Position numbers and translations under genes: made by a program
Part shown: positions 36,980 through 51,100 of the stretch, one piece after another
Numbering within the stretch: position 1 is the stretch's first letter
How the letters are laid out: every line of letters begins with the position of its first letter
Notes under the pieces: generated by a model
The model's database searches: none
What the model was told of the DNA's origin: nothing
Seen by the model: only the letters and a program-made list of their open reading frames with translations
NCBI RefSeq assembly: GCF_036321535.1
Contig: NC_087436.1
Location: 121,026,001-121,090,000, forward strand
DNA length: 64,000 nt
Direction of reading: 5' to 3'
Origin: Camelus dromedarius
Lineage: Eukaryota

Positions 36980-38520
36980 GTGCCCAGAAACTGAGATTGA
37001 GGGAAACTCAGAAACACAGAGAGCGGTCCCACAGGATATTGCGGAAAATAGCTCACCATTTTCAGGGAAATCAAGGGGCCTGAAAAGTCCCAAGAGGAGG
37101 AATAAGCAGACGATCTTGAAAAAAGCCACACGCAAGCTGCGCCCTTACTTCCCACCAAACTGAAGGAGCCCAGACGACCACAGAGTAACCAACATCCAGG
37201 CAACTAACTAACACGGCGTAACTAACACGAGCGCAACTGATGCGGCGTAACTAGTGTAGCATCAGGACCCAAGACCCTCCAGTCTTCGGTGAAAGTTCCA
37301 AAAAGATATCCCCTGAACGTGATTCCTCAAAGACCCACGGCATCCGTTTTACGTAAAACAACGAGGTGGGGTGTCACGATAGAAAACGGGTGCCGATATT
37401 GGAGCCAGATAAAAACACAAGAATAAAAGCATTAGCCACTATGGATGAGGAATTAAAAATAAAATTATAATGCCAACTAAACAGAATGTATTTAAAACCT
37501 CGGGGTAATTTGAATGTTAAAGCAGGAAGTGTGAGGTTCCAGGTTCTGAGCACCTAGAGAAGGGCTGGAGAGGTAGGAAACGCTTCCTCTGTCTCCCGTA
37601 AAAGGGAATCAGAAGCCATCGTCTAGGTTTTGGTTACTAAGACTGTTTAAAAAAGAAACCTAAGTGGTAGAATCAGAAACATGATGTCTGCCTTCTAAGT
37701 CACTACAGAAGACAAAAAAAAAAAAAAAATGTGAACAGAAAGAGACAAAGCAGAAACAATAACCCAGAGGGTGGGGAGTAGATATTCAGTAAATACTGTC
37801 GAAGCGCATTCCGAATCTATCCACTAGGATTTCGGATTTAAAAAAACCACTCCGATATCTTACTACTTGTGAGATACGGTAAAACAAAACAACACTGGAG
37901 CGTATAAAGTGAAGAATGAGGAAGGGCACAGACTGAAGTGAAAATACAGGACGCTGCAGCAGGAACTTTAATATTGAGAAATCTACCGCAAAAAAATACT
38001 CAGTGTTCACCCTCAGGGTCATTTTATGTGGTTCAAATACTCAAATAAAGATGGAGAATGATAAGAAATGTTTGTGAGCTGACCAAGACAGCAACAAAAC
38101 ACCAGAAAAAAAAAAGAAAGAAAGAAAATTATTATCAACACAGGAGACGGGATTAGGTTCGCTCTACAGGCCAAAATAAATGAGGCTGGCACGGCATAGA
38201 CAGCGCGAGCAGATGGATGAGACAGCGGCGCCTGCAGGAGACGCCTCCGGCGCGGTGAAACACGCACACAGACTCCTTTAGACACAACGTAAATCTCAAT
38301 AACTATTTAAAACGCCAAGTATACAGTTCTTGTTTACTCATCATCATGTGACAATGCTACAAATAACAAAATTTAAGCAAGAAAGTCAACCATTTAGCAA
38401 TGTAAACATTTTGGAGCAAGAAGAACATAAAACAAGGTAATGTTTGTGATAAAATAAACATCAGGGCACTAAGGAGCAAAACCTCGGAGATACAGCCAAA
38501 ACTCCAATCAGGCACAAAGC
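36980..38520 (+). mobile_element. Very old L1/HAL1-like remnant (ORF1 to ORF2-start region)
   Basis: A-rich + strand stretch with degenerate L1 landmarks (e.g. AGGGTCATTTTATGTGGT, approximately 'GHFM'); too diverged to name a subfamily. Confidence 0.45.
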
Positions 38521-38928
38521 CACCGCTTCAACAGCTAATGCAGTTTTTAAAAGTAAGATTAAAGAAATCTGCTGGGCATTCGACTCGGGAGTTTGAAAAA
38601 TGCTTCTGCTTTAAAAGGGTGTTTGGCCAGCAGCCCTCGGCAGACCACTGGGGAGATGGCCATCCACAGAGAAAGCCTCGCTCACAGCGCTGGCCGCTCT
38701 GCAGGCAGGCGGGTGAGCCACGCTGAGGAAACCGGGCTGAGGAGCATCGCTGGACGGCCCCCCAGGCGCACCTGCCCCTGTGCCCGGGCTCCAGGCCGGA
38801 CGCCAGGCACCAGCATCCACCCACTATGCCACTCTGCATTTCGGGGTGACAGTCCCACTACCCCTTTCATGCCACCTCACACCTTTGCCGTTTTCTTTTT
38901 ACCGTGGCCCAAACACCTTGCACCCAGC

Positions 38929-39290
38929 TGTGATGGGCTGAATTCTGTCTCCCCAAATCCATATGAAGCCCTAACCCCCAGGACCACAGAATGTGACTAT
39001 TCTCGGAGACAGGCCTTAAAAGAGGTAATTAAAGTAAAATGAGGAGTTAGGGTAGGTCCTAATCCAACATGATGGGTGTCCTAATAAGAAGAGGAAATTA
39101 GGGCACAGACGGACAGAAACAGGGAGATAGCAGCTGTCTACAGGCCAAGGAGAGAGGCCTCAGAAGGAACCAATCTGTCTGCACCTTGGGCCCAGACCCC
39201 CAGCCTCCAAGATGGTGAGAAGGTAAACTTCTGCCCTCTGAGCCTCCAGGGCTGCAGCACCTTGTTACACAGCCTGAGCTGACTCGAACA
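38929..39290 (+). mobile_element. MaLR solo LTR (MLT1A-like), full length
   Basis: TG...CA termini (TGTGATGGGCTGAATT ... GCTGACTCGAACA); GAGGTAATTAAAGTAAAATGAGG, CCTAATCCAA, GGAGAGAGGCCTCAGAAG; near-TSD CCAGC/GCAGC. Confidence 0.9.
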
Positions 39291-40739
39291 GCAGCCAGGA
39301 GGGCGACAGCAAGACAGCTCACAGACAAAGGACAGCAGGGCCAGCCTCCCACGTACCCGCCTCGAAACCTTGGCTTGAAGAGGAAATCAGCCAATTAAGA
39401 CAAATGGAAATAAAGGGCGAAACAACAGGAGGAAGATGAGGGAATGCGAAGAAGAAACAGTGGGGAGCCAACAGCACTGTGGGTGCACAGCTGGAAAGAC
39501 AGGCACGGCAGGAGCACTTCTCAAAAGAGGTATGACACGAGCTAAACCAGGGGCACAAACCAAACAGTACACAGCAGACAGGCTGCTGAGAGGCTCTGGG
39601 CCTCCTCCCTCACCAGGGGCCCTTGGGTCCTGGCAGTTAGCAGATCCCTCCGTGCAACCCAGACAGTCGGGAAAGCCCTCAGGTGTGCAGGAAGATTCCA
39701 GCATCACCCCCAGGCCGGGCCTGACCCGGGCGAGCTCTGCCTGCTCCGCCTCGGCCGCCCATCGGGACTTTGGTGGCCTGGGCCCAGCCCTCCGGGAGCC
39801 CGAAGGCCCTCAAGGAGAGCAGCCTCCGTGCTCTCCACGGGCAGCGCAGTTACAGAAAAGCTAAGAGAAAGCCACACGGAATGAAGACACCGGACGCCTG
39901 GCCGAGGATGCGGTGAAGCAGGACCAGGAGGTTATGTGCCCACTTTCCAGCCCTGTGGCTTCACCAGGCAGACAGTCCCCACCTTCCAGCCTCGCCCCCT
40001 CTGCCCAGCACATCACCGCTCACCCAGCCACTAGGCACCTGTCTGCAGCTGCGTCCCTGCCTCCTCCCCAGCAGGAGCCGAGGGCCTGACCCAGAGGAGG
40101 TCAGGCATGAGAGAGAAAGAGAGGAACAACTTTGCTCACAAACGTGTACTGTCATCAACTGTCACCAGACACTCTTGCAGGTCCTTAGGATTCATCACTG
40201 AGCCCAACAGACCGTGACCACCTGCCTTCACGGAATGTAGCATCTGTGGGGAGATAGAAAACAACGCACACAGCAGACACCATATTGCTAGCAGGTCATG
40301 GGCACCATGGCAAACAAGGCTTCCTGGAGGAGGCAGGGCTTGAGCCCTGATGGCTGAGCACAAAGTCCAGGGATGGGTGACTGCGGTCGTGCCTGGGGAG
40401 GTGAGGGCCGAGCTCCTTGACAAGGAGATTGAAGCGAGGACTTAAAGCAGGTGAGGGCAGGAGACGGCACCCCAGGAGAAAGAAGAGGCCGTGCAGGTGA
40501 CCCCCGGCAGGAGAGTCGGCCAGAGTGGCTGTGATCCCCAGTTTCCCCACCCACCCACCCACCCCTGCAGGCCGCCAGGCCTTGCCGGCCGTCACCTTCG
40601 TGGCTGGTGGAGGGGATGCCAGGCTGGCTGCATCGGGGGCTGAAATTCTTCACCCTCCCTGCATCTACTGTGCAGCACACCTGCAGCGGGCAAGCCCTCC
40701 CACTGAGGAGGTGTGGACTGGCCCCCGCCCCCCAAGAGC

Positions 40740-41080
40740 AGCCCTCTCTCCCTGTCCTGGATTTCCAGTGCTTTGCGGTGATGTGCCCATGGTTTAGCAG
40801 GTTGTAAGCCGCTGCCGTTTTGAGTCTGTGGATTCATATATTTCATTAGTTTCAAAACACTGTCAGCCAGTATCTCCCCGCGTATTGTCTCGGCTGCGTT
40901 CTCTCTCCCATCTGCGGGGGCCCAGCACCTGCGCACGGGCCTGGTCCCCGGGAGTGTGGGTGGCCTCCTGCACCGCTGTCTTTTGTGTCCTGGGCGCTTG
41001 GAGTCCTGGCTGCCCCAGCGGTCCCCCAACGCCTTCTAACAAACGGTGATCTGTTTTGCTGGCTTCTCTCATTCTCAGTA
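40740..41080 (-). mobile_element. Old L1 ORF1 remnant
   Basis: Minus ORF peptide 'DGRENAAETIRGEILADSVLKLMKYMNPQTQ...WAHHRKALEIQDRE' aligns by eye to the L1 ORF1 RRM region 'EERENGAEAIFEEIMAENFPKLMKDINPQIQ...RHIIVKLLKTKDKE'. Confidence 0.75.
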
Positions 41081-44000
41081 GGAGGCAGAGATCCAAGGAC
41101 ATTTTTCAACAAGGCCTCAAACCTGGCCCTGCCACAAACAAAACAAACTGCAAAGCAGCAGGGACGGTCAGCCCAGCTGCCTGGTCCAAGTTCGCCCAGG
41201 CCCTGTGGGCGTCAGGACACGCGCCAGCCAGCACGCCCGCCCATCTCTTCATTCTCATCTCGAAACTCAGCCTGAAAACTGGCCCCCTGTTTACCGAGGT
41301 TCTGCCTCTAGAGAGAGGTAGGCCTTAAATCCAGAGATGAGCGGCCAGTCCAGAAGCCTCTGTCCGCTCCCGGTGGGCTGGGCAGGAAGCCCTGAGTACT
41401 GAATGACAATAGACGTCAGGGTCCTCACCATCAGAAGGACCCACAGCACAGGGGCTTGAGAGCGAAGGGGAAGCCACACTCCACTCCACTAGGACAGGAG
41501 ACCAGCGACAGGCTGGGGGGACCTCGGCCAGCACCCCCCCCCCACAGCCAGGGTCTGTTCAGACCCTGCCATGTGCCCTCTCTGAGTTTCTCCAAGACTT
41601 CTGCCGAAGAAAACAGAGATGACCTCTGCCTACTCTGTGCCTCGGGACCACCAGGGGAGTGGATGGAATGTGTATGTGTAAACTGTAAAGTCTGGTGCAC
41701 TCTGTAACACGTAGCATCCACGAATCACGACGCCAGGTGTGATACGGTCCAGGTGGGCTCTGGGGGAAAGAAGGCTCCAAGCAGAAGAGGGGCAGCAAGG
41801 AGGTGGGGACTGCAGAGCAGACAATGACAGGGAGTGGGGGGAGGGGCCCCAGGGGGCTGCCACAGTTGGCAGATAAAGGCTTGGCTGCCATTGCTAAGAG
41901 GCTCAGACAAATGAGGCCCGGCCCCTGCCTGGCAAGGGGCAAAGTGGCACTAGTGCCGGGGAGAGGGTGGTCTGGAGACGTCCCAGCCCTGCTCGGAGAC
42001 TGCAGCCCAAACCAGGACTCCAACGCTAGCCCCAGCCCTCTGTGTGGCCCTCAGGTCCTCGTCTGGGAACTCAAAGTTCGGAGCACCTCTTGTCCAAGTT
42101 CCCGTGGCCATTCTGCGCGGCGGCCGCCAGCTCGGGGACGCTCCAGCCAGCCTCAGGAGCTGGGAAAGGCATGCGCGCCCAGGCCTGTGCATGTCTCAGC
42201 CACAGTCACCCCCGATGTGCCCTGAGCACCCCCTGCGCCAGCCTTTGCTCACCCCCGGAGGACCAGCAAGGTCAAGTGGAGAAAATCCAGAGTCCAGCCG
42301 CGCCTATGTGAAGGGACCTCGGCCCCCAGGTGCCAGGGAGGTGGGCGGGACGCGTCTGCCGCCCCCCAGCTGTCCACTCGCCGCGGCCCAGCTTCGAGGT
42401 CCCAGTGCCTCCGGGACGGCTGCGTGTGGATCGCTGGGCTGGGCTGGGCCACAGTCGCTGCCCCAGCCATGATTCTGAAACAGCTGGCCGTTGGCACTTC
42501 AGCACAAAACCCCTATTTCAGAGGAAGCTGTCCCGAGCAGCAGGCCCCCGAGAGGGACGAGTCGGCCTTAACTGACAGCCTTCTGTGCGCAGGGGCCGCA
42601 GAGCGAGTGAGTCCTTTCTTTTCTAATTTGGCCAGCATCCAATTTCCGGGAGAAAATCAGGACCGGGTGTGAAGCCAGCGCGCCCTGGGAGCCCCGCTGA
42701 GGCCCAGCCGTCCCCCCGATGTCGGTTCCTGGCGGCGGAAGCGGACAGCAGCTGGGGCGGCTAGGCCCAGGCCTGGTGGGGAGGCCTGGGGATTCACAGC
42801 CCCCAGGCAGCTTCCGGGCCCTGTGGGGTCTTCTCTGGGGAACTGCTCGGTCTACCTCTTGACTCCTCGCGATAAGTCCCTGACTCTTCAAAGGTCGAGA
42901 GCCCAGCACTCCTCCCCTTCCTCCTCCGGCACCAGTACCTGCCTGGGTCCCAATTAACTGGAGCAAGGGGAGCGTTTGTTTCAAATATTCCAGGTGGTTG
43001 GAGCTCGGACCACGTTACTGGGGATGGGGTGGGGATCTCAACTCTAGGCTTCTGGAAGGGACAGGGGGACATGGAGCGAGGAAGTGCTCACTGGACATGT
43101 CTGGACCGTGGTGCACTGGACACAAGGGCAGTGCCTGGGTGTGCAGGCTGCCTGGGAAGATGAAGCTTGCAGCGGGGCTGAGGTTATGCAGGGCTCTGTA
43201 GCAGTCAGCTGTTGCTGCATAACAGCCATCTACAAACCTCTCTCGCACCCGATCTCAGCCTTTAAGACAGCTGATCAAGGTTGGGCTAGGCAGGGAGGCC
43301 GGCTCTGAGCCACCACTAGAGTCTGGGTCACTCCTCGTGTCTCTCCTCCCTCGTGGTCCAGCAGCCTGGTTCCTAGGGCAAGAGTGAGACACTCATGGGA
43401 AAGCAGAAAACCCTGCTTGCTCTTAAAGCCCAGGCCCAGAGCTTACACACTCTCTCTTCTACCCGAGGTTAATGCTGGTCACATGGCCGAGCCCCAGCCA
43501 GGGTCCCAGACGCATGTCTCTCCTTCAGTCAGAAAAACAGTCTCGTGGCAAAGGGCTTGGATGCGGGACAGAATGAAGGATGGCAGCCAAGGATGCCATC
43601 TGCCACCCCAGCCTGATAAATCTGAACTTGTGCCAGGGTGATAAGGAGCCATCAGCAAGTGACAGGGAGCAGGGGCTGCAGGAGGGGCAGTGCGGGGGCC
43701 GCGACCTTTCACCATCCAGGAGGCAGAGGACGGCGGCCTGACTCAAGCCTGGCCTGGAGGGGCGGGGATGACAGTGAGAAGTTTAGAAGGAAGGTCTCTG
43801 GCCCTGGAGACCGCCAGGCACCAGGACTGAGGCCAGCAGGTCGGGTGAGGTTTCACACGCTTCCGGGTGTGACGCTAGGGGGACAGGGAACCGGGGACAC
43901 AGAAGCCAACGGGGGAAGAAAGGTGAGTCCAGTTACTTAACCCTGATGGTGAGAGGCCAGATCTGTGACTGAGCCTCTGTGTGTGGCGGGGTGCGGTGGG

Positions 44001-45440
44001 GTGGGGGGTTCTCCACCGGAGCCACCCTGCCCCAAGGGGACCGGGGTGGCAACAATCCTCCATGGACCGCCCCCATCGTGCCCTGAGAGCCACGGACCCC
44101 TGGACTGGGCCGGCTGTGGGAGACTCTGCTAGACGCCCCCTCCTTGGCCCAGGTGCCTGGCCCCCCATGGGTGGGTGCATCCATAAGCTAGAGCCGCGCC
44201 CCAGCTGGAGGCCGGGACTGGGTCTTATATGGTGGCTCAGGCCCCCGCTCATCTCTCTTGTGGAAGACAGAAACAGCTGGTCGTCACAGCAACCTTCCGG
44301 CCAGTCTCCCACGACCCCAGGCCAGCCGCCCGGTCCCAGGCCTGTGGCCCTGCATGCAAGGCCCCCAGTGGGGCAGGGCCGGACAAGCCTCCCGACAGCC
44401 TGGCCCCTGTCGTTCTCCAGTGTCTGCTATGAACACTCGCTTCTCTGCAGCACCACCAGGGTTCTCCCAGCTGAGAACCCGAGTCGGGGGACAGGGGGAG
44501 CAGAGCCCCCCAGGTTGGGGCCAGGGCTGCTGCACTGCTCTGTGTGCCCTGGGTGCATCACATGCACGGGCTGCCCAAGAGGGACACCCTAAGGACCCCT
44601 GTCCCAGGTCCTGCCCTCTGAAGCTGCTCCCACAGCCAGTGCCGCCCTCAGCCCACACCGCTTTAAACAAGCAAGCCACAGGTTGGGCCCTCACTGCACC
44701 CTGCCTGCTGGGAGCCGGCCTGTGGGAGTGCCTCGCTGTCCCGTGGCTGCAGGGGACATCTGGGCGACTGTGGTCCTTTGCCCCTGAGCTCAGCTACAAA
44801 GGCTCCTCTGCCTGTCCCCCCAGGGCCCAGGGCAGTCACTCCTGTGAGCCCCTCCATCCTCCCCTGATCACACCAGCCCTGGGCTCATTCAGCAGGAGAC
44901 CTTCCTGCCTTTGAGGGAAGGGTGCGCACGAGGACCCCTCTGCTATCCCGCCTCCCCCACACCCATCTGTCCATGAGCTGCCTCTCGGTCTTGTGACCTA
45001 GCACCCCCTGGAGGGCACACCCTAGCTGCTCCGGGCACCCCGGCACTGCAGCAGGGCACACACAAGGGTCCATGCGGCAGCCTCAAGGGGGGCTGGTGAG
45101 CAAGAGGGGCCCCTTCCTCCCTGCTCAGCTTGGCCATCCCCCAGACCTCGCTGCCTGGGGCCACAGGCCGTGGGCTCCACAGGACCAGGCCTCGCACCCA
45201 TGCAGCCAGTGGGGCTGGTGGAGGCCAGGCAGGGGCCGCCGGGGCTCTTCAGACATCAGGCCCCCCAGAGCGGCTCCCCTGCCTCCCTCAAGAAGAAAGG
45301 AGTAAGGGAGGAGTGAAGTGGAGGAAGAAGGAGGGGTTACATGCCTCCCTGGGCAGCAAGCTCACTACCTGCCTGGTCTAGGGGAACAGAGCTGACATGG
45401 CCAGCGCCCCTCCTGGTCCTCCCCTACCCCCTGCCTCCTG

Positions 45441-45446
45441 TCTCTC

Positions 45447-45510
<64 letters not shown>
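45441..45510. repeat. Compound microsatellite (TC)n(CA)23
   Basis: TC repeats 45441-45464 followed by a perfect CA run 45464-45510. Confidence 0.98.
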
Positions 45511-45512
<2 letters not shown>

Positions 45513-46920
45513 GGCAGGGGAACCACACAGAGCTCTCGGCCCCCTCTGCCTGATGGCCTGGGCAGGGCCCAGCCCGGCGCTGCACAGAGGAGGCCCTCTC
45601 CGCTGCTCTGAGTCCAGCACGGTCAGATGGCCTCGGCCACAGCCTCCTCACCCGGGGAGCATCTTGCCATCTGTGCACGTGTTTGGCTCTGCCACCTTGA
45701 CCTGCACTGTGCTAGCCCCAACACTGCCCCTCCAGCCCACCCACCCCCAGCAGCCACCTTCTCCGGTGAGGGTCTGACCCCATCACAGCCCTCTGGGCTC
45801 CCCACTGTCCATGGGACCAAGCCCAGATGCCTGATGCAGCTGGCCTGGAAAGTCCCTTCTGCCTGGGCCTGGCCTGGCTCTGTCCTCCCTGCCCCAGGCC
45901 CCTCCCCAGTCACCTGCAGGTGCCCCCTTTCCCCTAGACGGGCCCCATGCTGCCTGGGGCCTTCCCTCCAGGCCTCAGAGACTAGAAAATTGGCTCAGCT
46001 CAGCTCCCCCACAGGTCATCCCACTGCAGTTCACTCCGTGTAACACATTTTACACTCGTTGACACGTTCCTTTGCTCCACAAACCCTCTATAAGGGCAGG
46101 AAGTATTGTAGGAGCAGGGAACAAATGCACAGAAGCCTGCACGGCTAGCGCTTCCGGGAGGGCAGGCGAGAGCAAAGTCAGGGAAGCAAGTGGCAGGCAG
46201 ACACAGGTACAAGCATGGGGGGGAATAACTAGGAGGAAGCAAGGGGCGGGAGGGGGGGGCACCTCACGGGGGGGCACCTGCTGCAGTTCAGCACTGAGAG
46301 CCCGCTGCGAAGCTGGCCTGCGGGCAGATACCCGGGGGTGAAGGAGTGAGCCACAGGGACACGGCACTGGGAGCTGGGCACTGAGCAGCGTGTGCGAAGG
46401 CTCCGAGGCAGGCGTACCCCGGTGCAGCGGGAGAATGACCGGTGGGGTGGGGCAAGATGCAGTTCGGGGCTGATGAGCTGCACTGGGAGGGTTTGGTAAG
46501 GGGGTCGCAAGAAGCAGCCCGCAGTGCCTGGCCAGGACGGTCACAGTTCTCACCCGTGCAGAATTGCCTGGTGCCAGGCACCGTCCTGCAGCACACACCA
46601 GACCTACACCGCACTTACGTCAGCCGCACAGCAGTGCCCCCGTGAGGCCTTCCTCACATAGGTAAGCAGACAGAGGGGGAAACCACCTGCCCAGGGCCAC
46701 ACAGCAGGTCAAGGCCCAGACAGGCCAGCTCTGGGCCACGTGTGCCCCCTCCGGGCTTGTTTCCCTTGGGCACCGATGCTCGGCTCCTGACCCCCGACCC
46801 CGACAAGCCCCCATCCAGCCTGGTCCTGGGAGACAGCGCCGCTCCCTGCGACGTCCAGTGACCCTCCAGGAAGCAGCTAAATGGAGGAGCAGGGTGCTCC
46901 CCAGTCTCCAGTTCCTTGTT

Positions 46921-47002
46921 CTCACCCACTCCTTCACGTACTCACTCACTCATTCATTCGTTCACTCATCCACTCACCTATTCCTTCACTCACTCACTCA
47001 CT
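46921..47002. repeat. (TCAC/TCAT)n tetranucleotide tract, probably an L2 tail remnant
   Basis: CTCACTCACTCATTCATTCGTTCACTCATCCACTCAC...; a similar ATTCATTC start with L2-like sequence occurs at 20505-20570. Confidence 0.6.
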
Positions 47003-47836
47003 CTGTTACCCTGGCTGCCCCTCCACAGAAGGGAAGACGCTCGCCCTCCTGTCTTGTCTCCACAGCCTGAGTGCTTTAGCGTTCGGCAGCGCTGGCAGCC
47101 TGGGCACCCCCTGCCGCCCCAGCGTGCCCGGCACTGCAGTGCTCACTCCCCTACTCATTCATTCAACAAGTCCTGCGAAGCCCCAGCCCCTCTCCAAGCC
47201 CAAGCTGAGGACCTGGAAATGCCCAGGCCTGCCCCAGGCTGGAGGGGTCCTTGGACACAGACAGGGACCACCGCGAGGGAGGCACGGGCATGGCTGAGTG
47301 TGAGGAGGCATGCAACCAAAGGCATTTCCATCCTTGGGGGCGGCCCTCTCTCCGGGCCTTTAGGGCCACACTGTCCCTTCCTGTTAGAGTTCTCAGGGAC
47401 GTAAGAGAGCCTGAGGTCTCCTGCCATGCCTGCCACACCCTCTGTGTCCTGGTCTGGGAAGGGGTGATGTCACTGGCCAGTGACCTAGAGAGGTGGGCAC
47501 AGCTTTCCCAGACACCCTGGCTGGTCCAAGTTGCTCTGCTGACCATTGAGCTTTGAACAGCCGGCAGATGGGGGCACTCAGTAGGACCAGTCAAGCCTGC
47601 CAAGCCCTTAGGCAGATGGAGACCAGCAGGGCTGGTCAAGCCAGACCTCAGGAAGAGGACCTGGGCTCCATCCAGGATCCTGAGAGCCAAGGCAGACTGG
47701 GGATGGAGAGGCTTGTCCTGGCCTTGGCCGAGCTGCATGGACAAGAGTAGCTGAGGGGGGCCGGGATCATGAGGCAGCTCCCAGACACTAGACCCAACAG
47801 GCACCCCAGAGAGGGAGCCCCACCCTGCAGAGGGGC

Positions 47837-48148
47837 TGCTCAGGCTGAACCCCCAAAATTCACATGTTGAAGTGTTAACCTCCAGTACTTCAGAATGTGA
47901 GTATATTTGGAGATGGTGGCAGGCCCTAATCCAACAGGGCCAAGGTCCTTGCAAGAAGAGGAGACCAGGGCCCAGACACGCAGGTGGAGGACAGGCGAAA
48001 ACCAAGGAGATACGCCAGGGAGAGAAGCCTCAGGAGGAGCCGTGCCCGCCCACACCCTGATCTCCGGGACTGTGGGAAGTAAGTGCCTGATGGTCAAGCT
48101 GCCCTGTCTGTGGTACTTTGCTGTAACGGCCAGCGCAGACTGCTACGA
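47837..48148 (+). mobile_element. MaLR solo LTR (MLT1A/B-like)
   Basis: CCCCCAAAATTCACATGTTGAAGTGTTAACCTCCAGTACTTCAGAATGTGA...CCCTAATCCAA...GTCTGTGGTACTTTG. Confidence 0.85.
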
Positions 48149-51100
48149 GGCAGCCAGAGAGGGTGGCCGATGTCGGAGTTTGGTCCTGCGGGCCCCATCA
48201 CTTACCGGCTGCATTGCGTGGGCTCAGGCGAGGTGGTACCTGGGAATGGTTGTCGTGGCTGCAGAACCCCACGGCCACGCCCAGCACTTCACTTTTTGGC
48301 TCTGGAGCCTTACAACAGTGGGTGAAGTCTCGGCCCAGTAACTGAGGCTCAGAGTGGCCAGCAGTGAGGGGCTGGGGAGCCAAGAGCCCCTGACTCCTGT
48401 GTACCGCCAACCCCCTCCTGGGGAGACAGGTGAGCATTCAGCAAGGGCAGTGAAGAGCAGGAGGCCCTGGACATATTGCTTCACCATGGGGGGCCTGGGC
48501 CCCAGACATGTGCTGGCCTGGGGACCCCCCGCCCCACCCAAAGCCCGATGTGCCCACCCAGCCCCCAGCCTCCTGGAAGGCCAGGGCAGGAGGAGCGCCT
48601 CCCAGGGCTGGTGACCAATGACCGATGAAGCTCACGGCTCCCCGCAGATCTCAGAGCCTGTAGGGGACTGGAATCTGAATTTGCGAGTTCATTTTCCTCC
48701 TGGGAAGGATGAGGGGGTGTCTGGGTCAGAGTCTGGGCTGCCACATATGTGACTTTGGGGTCCAACTTGCCCCTGACCTCGCGGCAGTGAAGGAGCCTCC
48801 CCTGGGCTATGGCTCGGCCTCCTGTGCGCTTTTACTGCTCGTGTTTTGAGAATGAGAAGACTGGGCCCAAAAAGTTTAGCAGCAGGCCTGGGGTCACAGC
48901 TCCTAAGGGATGGAGTGGAACTTGAACCAAGGGGTCCTTGGCTTGTGAGCAGCCCTCTTACACTCAGGTCCCACACACACACCACAGTGGCTCCTTCTCT
49001 AAGGCATTCTCTCTCCTTGGAATGCCCTTCAAAGTTCAGCATGTACAGGTCACCTCCTCCAGGAAGACTTCCCTGACTTCCCATCCTCCACCAGCCTGCC
49101 TGTGTAGATGCATCCTCTCCAATGACAGATGACCTGTCTCAGCTCATTTGACACATCCTGGGCAGAACCATGTCCCTGTCCGTGTCCTCTCCAGCCCCGG
49201 CGCACGGCAGGGCTGACACCTCACTGCCGGCACTGCTAGATCCGTCCCGGGCTGGACAGTTCCCACCCTCGGGCAGCTGTGAGTAAGACTCCAGCGCCTT
49301 CAGCCAAGCTCTCGTCACGAGCTCTGGGTTGTCTGGGGTGGTTTTGTCCTTTTACAGTAGAAATCGTTTATTTTTAACATATTGATGCTGTTGTTTTCTT
49401 TTAAAGAAGTTGCAAAAAAAAAAAAAAACCGTTTCTGTTTCTTTTCTCGGCCTGACGTGTCAGACACCCTCGAGGCTCTGTCTGGGCCCCCAGCGCCCGC
49501 AGCCCCACTGGATTGTCAGAGGCGAGGTGCTCTGGGCAGGGAGGGAATGAAACGCGGGGATTCACCTCCGGGGGCAAACCAAAGATGTAGGGGGGACCCG
49601 GGGACCCCACCCCACCAGGAGCAGGGCATCCGGGCTCAGCGAGGCTGAGGCAGCTCCTGCAGTGTTAGAACCACTGCCACTCCCGGGAGACCCCGGCTAC
49701 CCCTCCACACACGCCCCTGGACGGCTCCTCCAAGCTCCCTGGCTGCACAACGGAGCCTGGGGGCAGTTGAGCAGCCCTGTCCCCGCCCTCTGGAAGCTCA
49801 CAGGTCAGAGAGGGAGACAGAAGAAAGAAGTGAGTGCTGCAGCCAAGTAAGGGAAGGGGAGGGGGCCCCAAAGAGGGGTCCAGAAGGTCCCCTGGAGGCG
49901 ATGGCCCCTGAGCTGAGCCCTGAAGGGTGCACAGGTGTTCAGAAAATGCGCAGGGACAGGAAGGGTGCTGGAGGAGCACCCCGGCCCTGGAGGAGGCGGA
50001 CACGGTCCTGGTTAGCAACGTCCGCCGGGCAGGGCTGCGGCAAGGATTCCACAGGCTTGTCCACCCATTTACTCATTTCTCATGCTGCCAGTGGCCTCCC
50101 GCCTCTGGGAAGGTCCTGGCCTCTGGCTCAGCCTCCCTCACAGTTTTAATTTGCCTTCCTGCCTCCGCACATTCCGGCCCAGGAGAAAGAAGATGGTCGA
50201 GGCCAGGCAGCCCCAGCCTGCCGGGAGGGAGGGAGGGAGGGAGCTGCCTGGCCCCTGCCCGGACCCCCCGTCAGCACCCGTGGCTGGGAGAGCCGTGTCC
50301 ACACAGGCCTGCACACGTGCACGCCCCGTGCTCTCACACACGCTCCGAGTCTCCCTGACGTTCACACCGCTGTCTCACAGAAAGTGGCAGGAGTCAGTGT
50401 CACCGATCACATCTCCGCTGTTTCCGTGGCAACCCCCCTCACGTGCACCCCGGGTTTGGTCCTGGCTTGGTGAGAGGCATGGCTCCCCCTCATCCTAGGA
50501 GGTGGCAACACCTGCCCTGCCCTGACCTGACCTTCTGGAAGCCACGGCCTCGCTGAACCTCAGCTTCTCTGGGTCGGTGGGGCAGAAGCCACCTTCTAAG
50601 GGCTGGGCATGCTGACTGGGCTGGCTACACAGAGTCAGCCCATGGTAGCTGTCCCTCGACTCGGTCTGGGGGCCTGGGATGGGCGGCCCGGAAGAGGGGC
50701 TGCTCTGTATGTCAATGTGGCAGGGGCATGAGAGTCCGGGCCACTGCCCTCCAGTCCTTCCTGTGGCCCGAGCCCTCCCTCCAGCGGCCCCAGCTCCTCC
50801 TTCTCGCCCTTCATCTGGGGCCCAGCGGCGCATGCTTCCTCGGGGGCCTTTGCACGTGCCTCCTGCCTGCCCTCCCTTCCTTCTCCCGCCAGACAAGCAT
50901 GTGGCTCCACCCTGCTATTTCCACTCACAGAGAGACTGCCGGGAGCAAGCAGTGTAACCCCAAGTTCCCCGGCATGCTGGACCCCAGAGCCAAGACTCCA
51001 ACCTGTCACTCCATCGAGTGGCCAGACCCAGCAACTGTTACCAAACCAAACTGCGGTCCGCTCACCTGCTCCTGGCAAAGCCCGTCGCCCGACATGGGGC

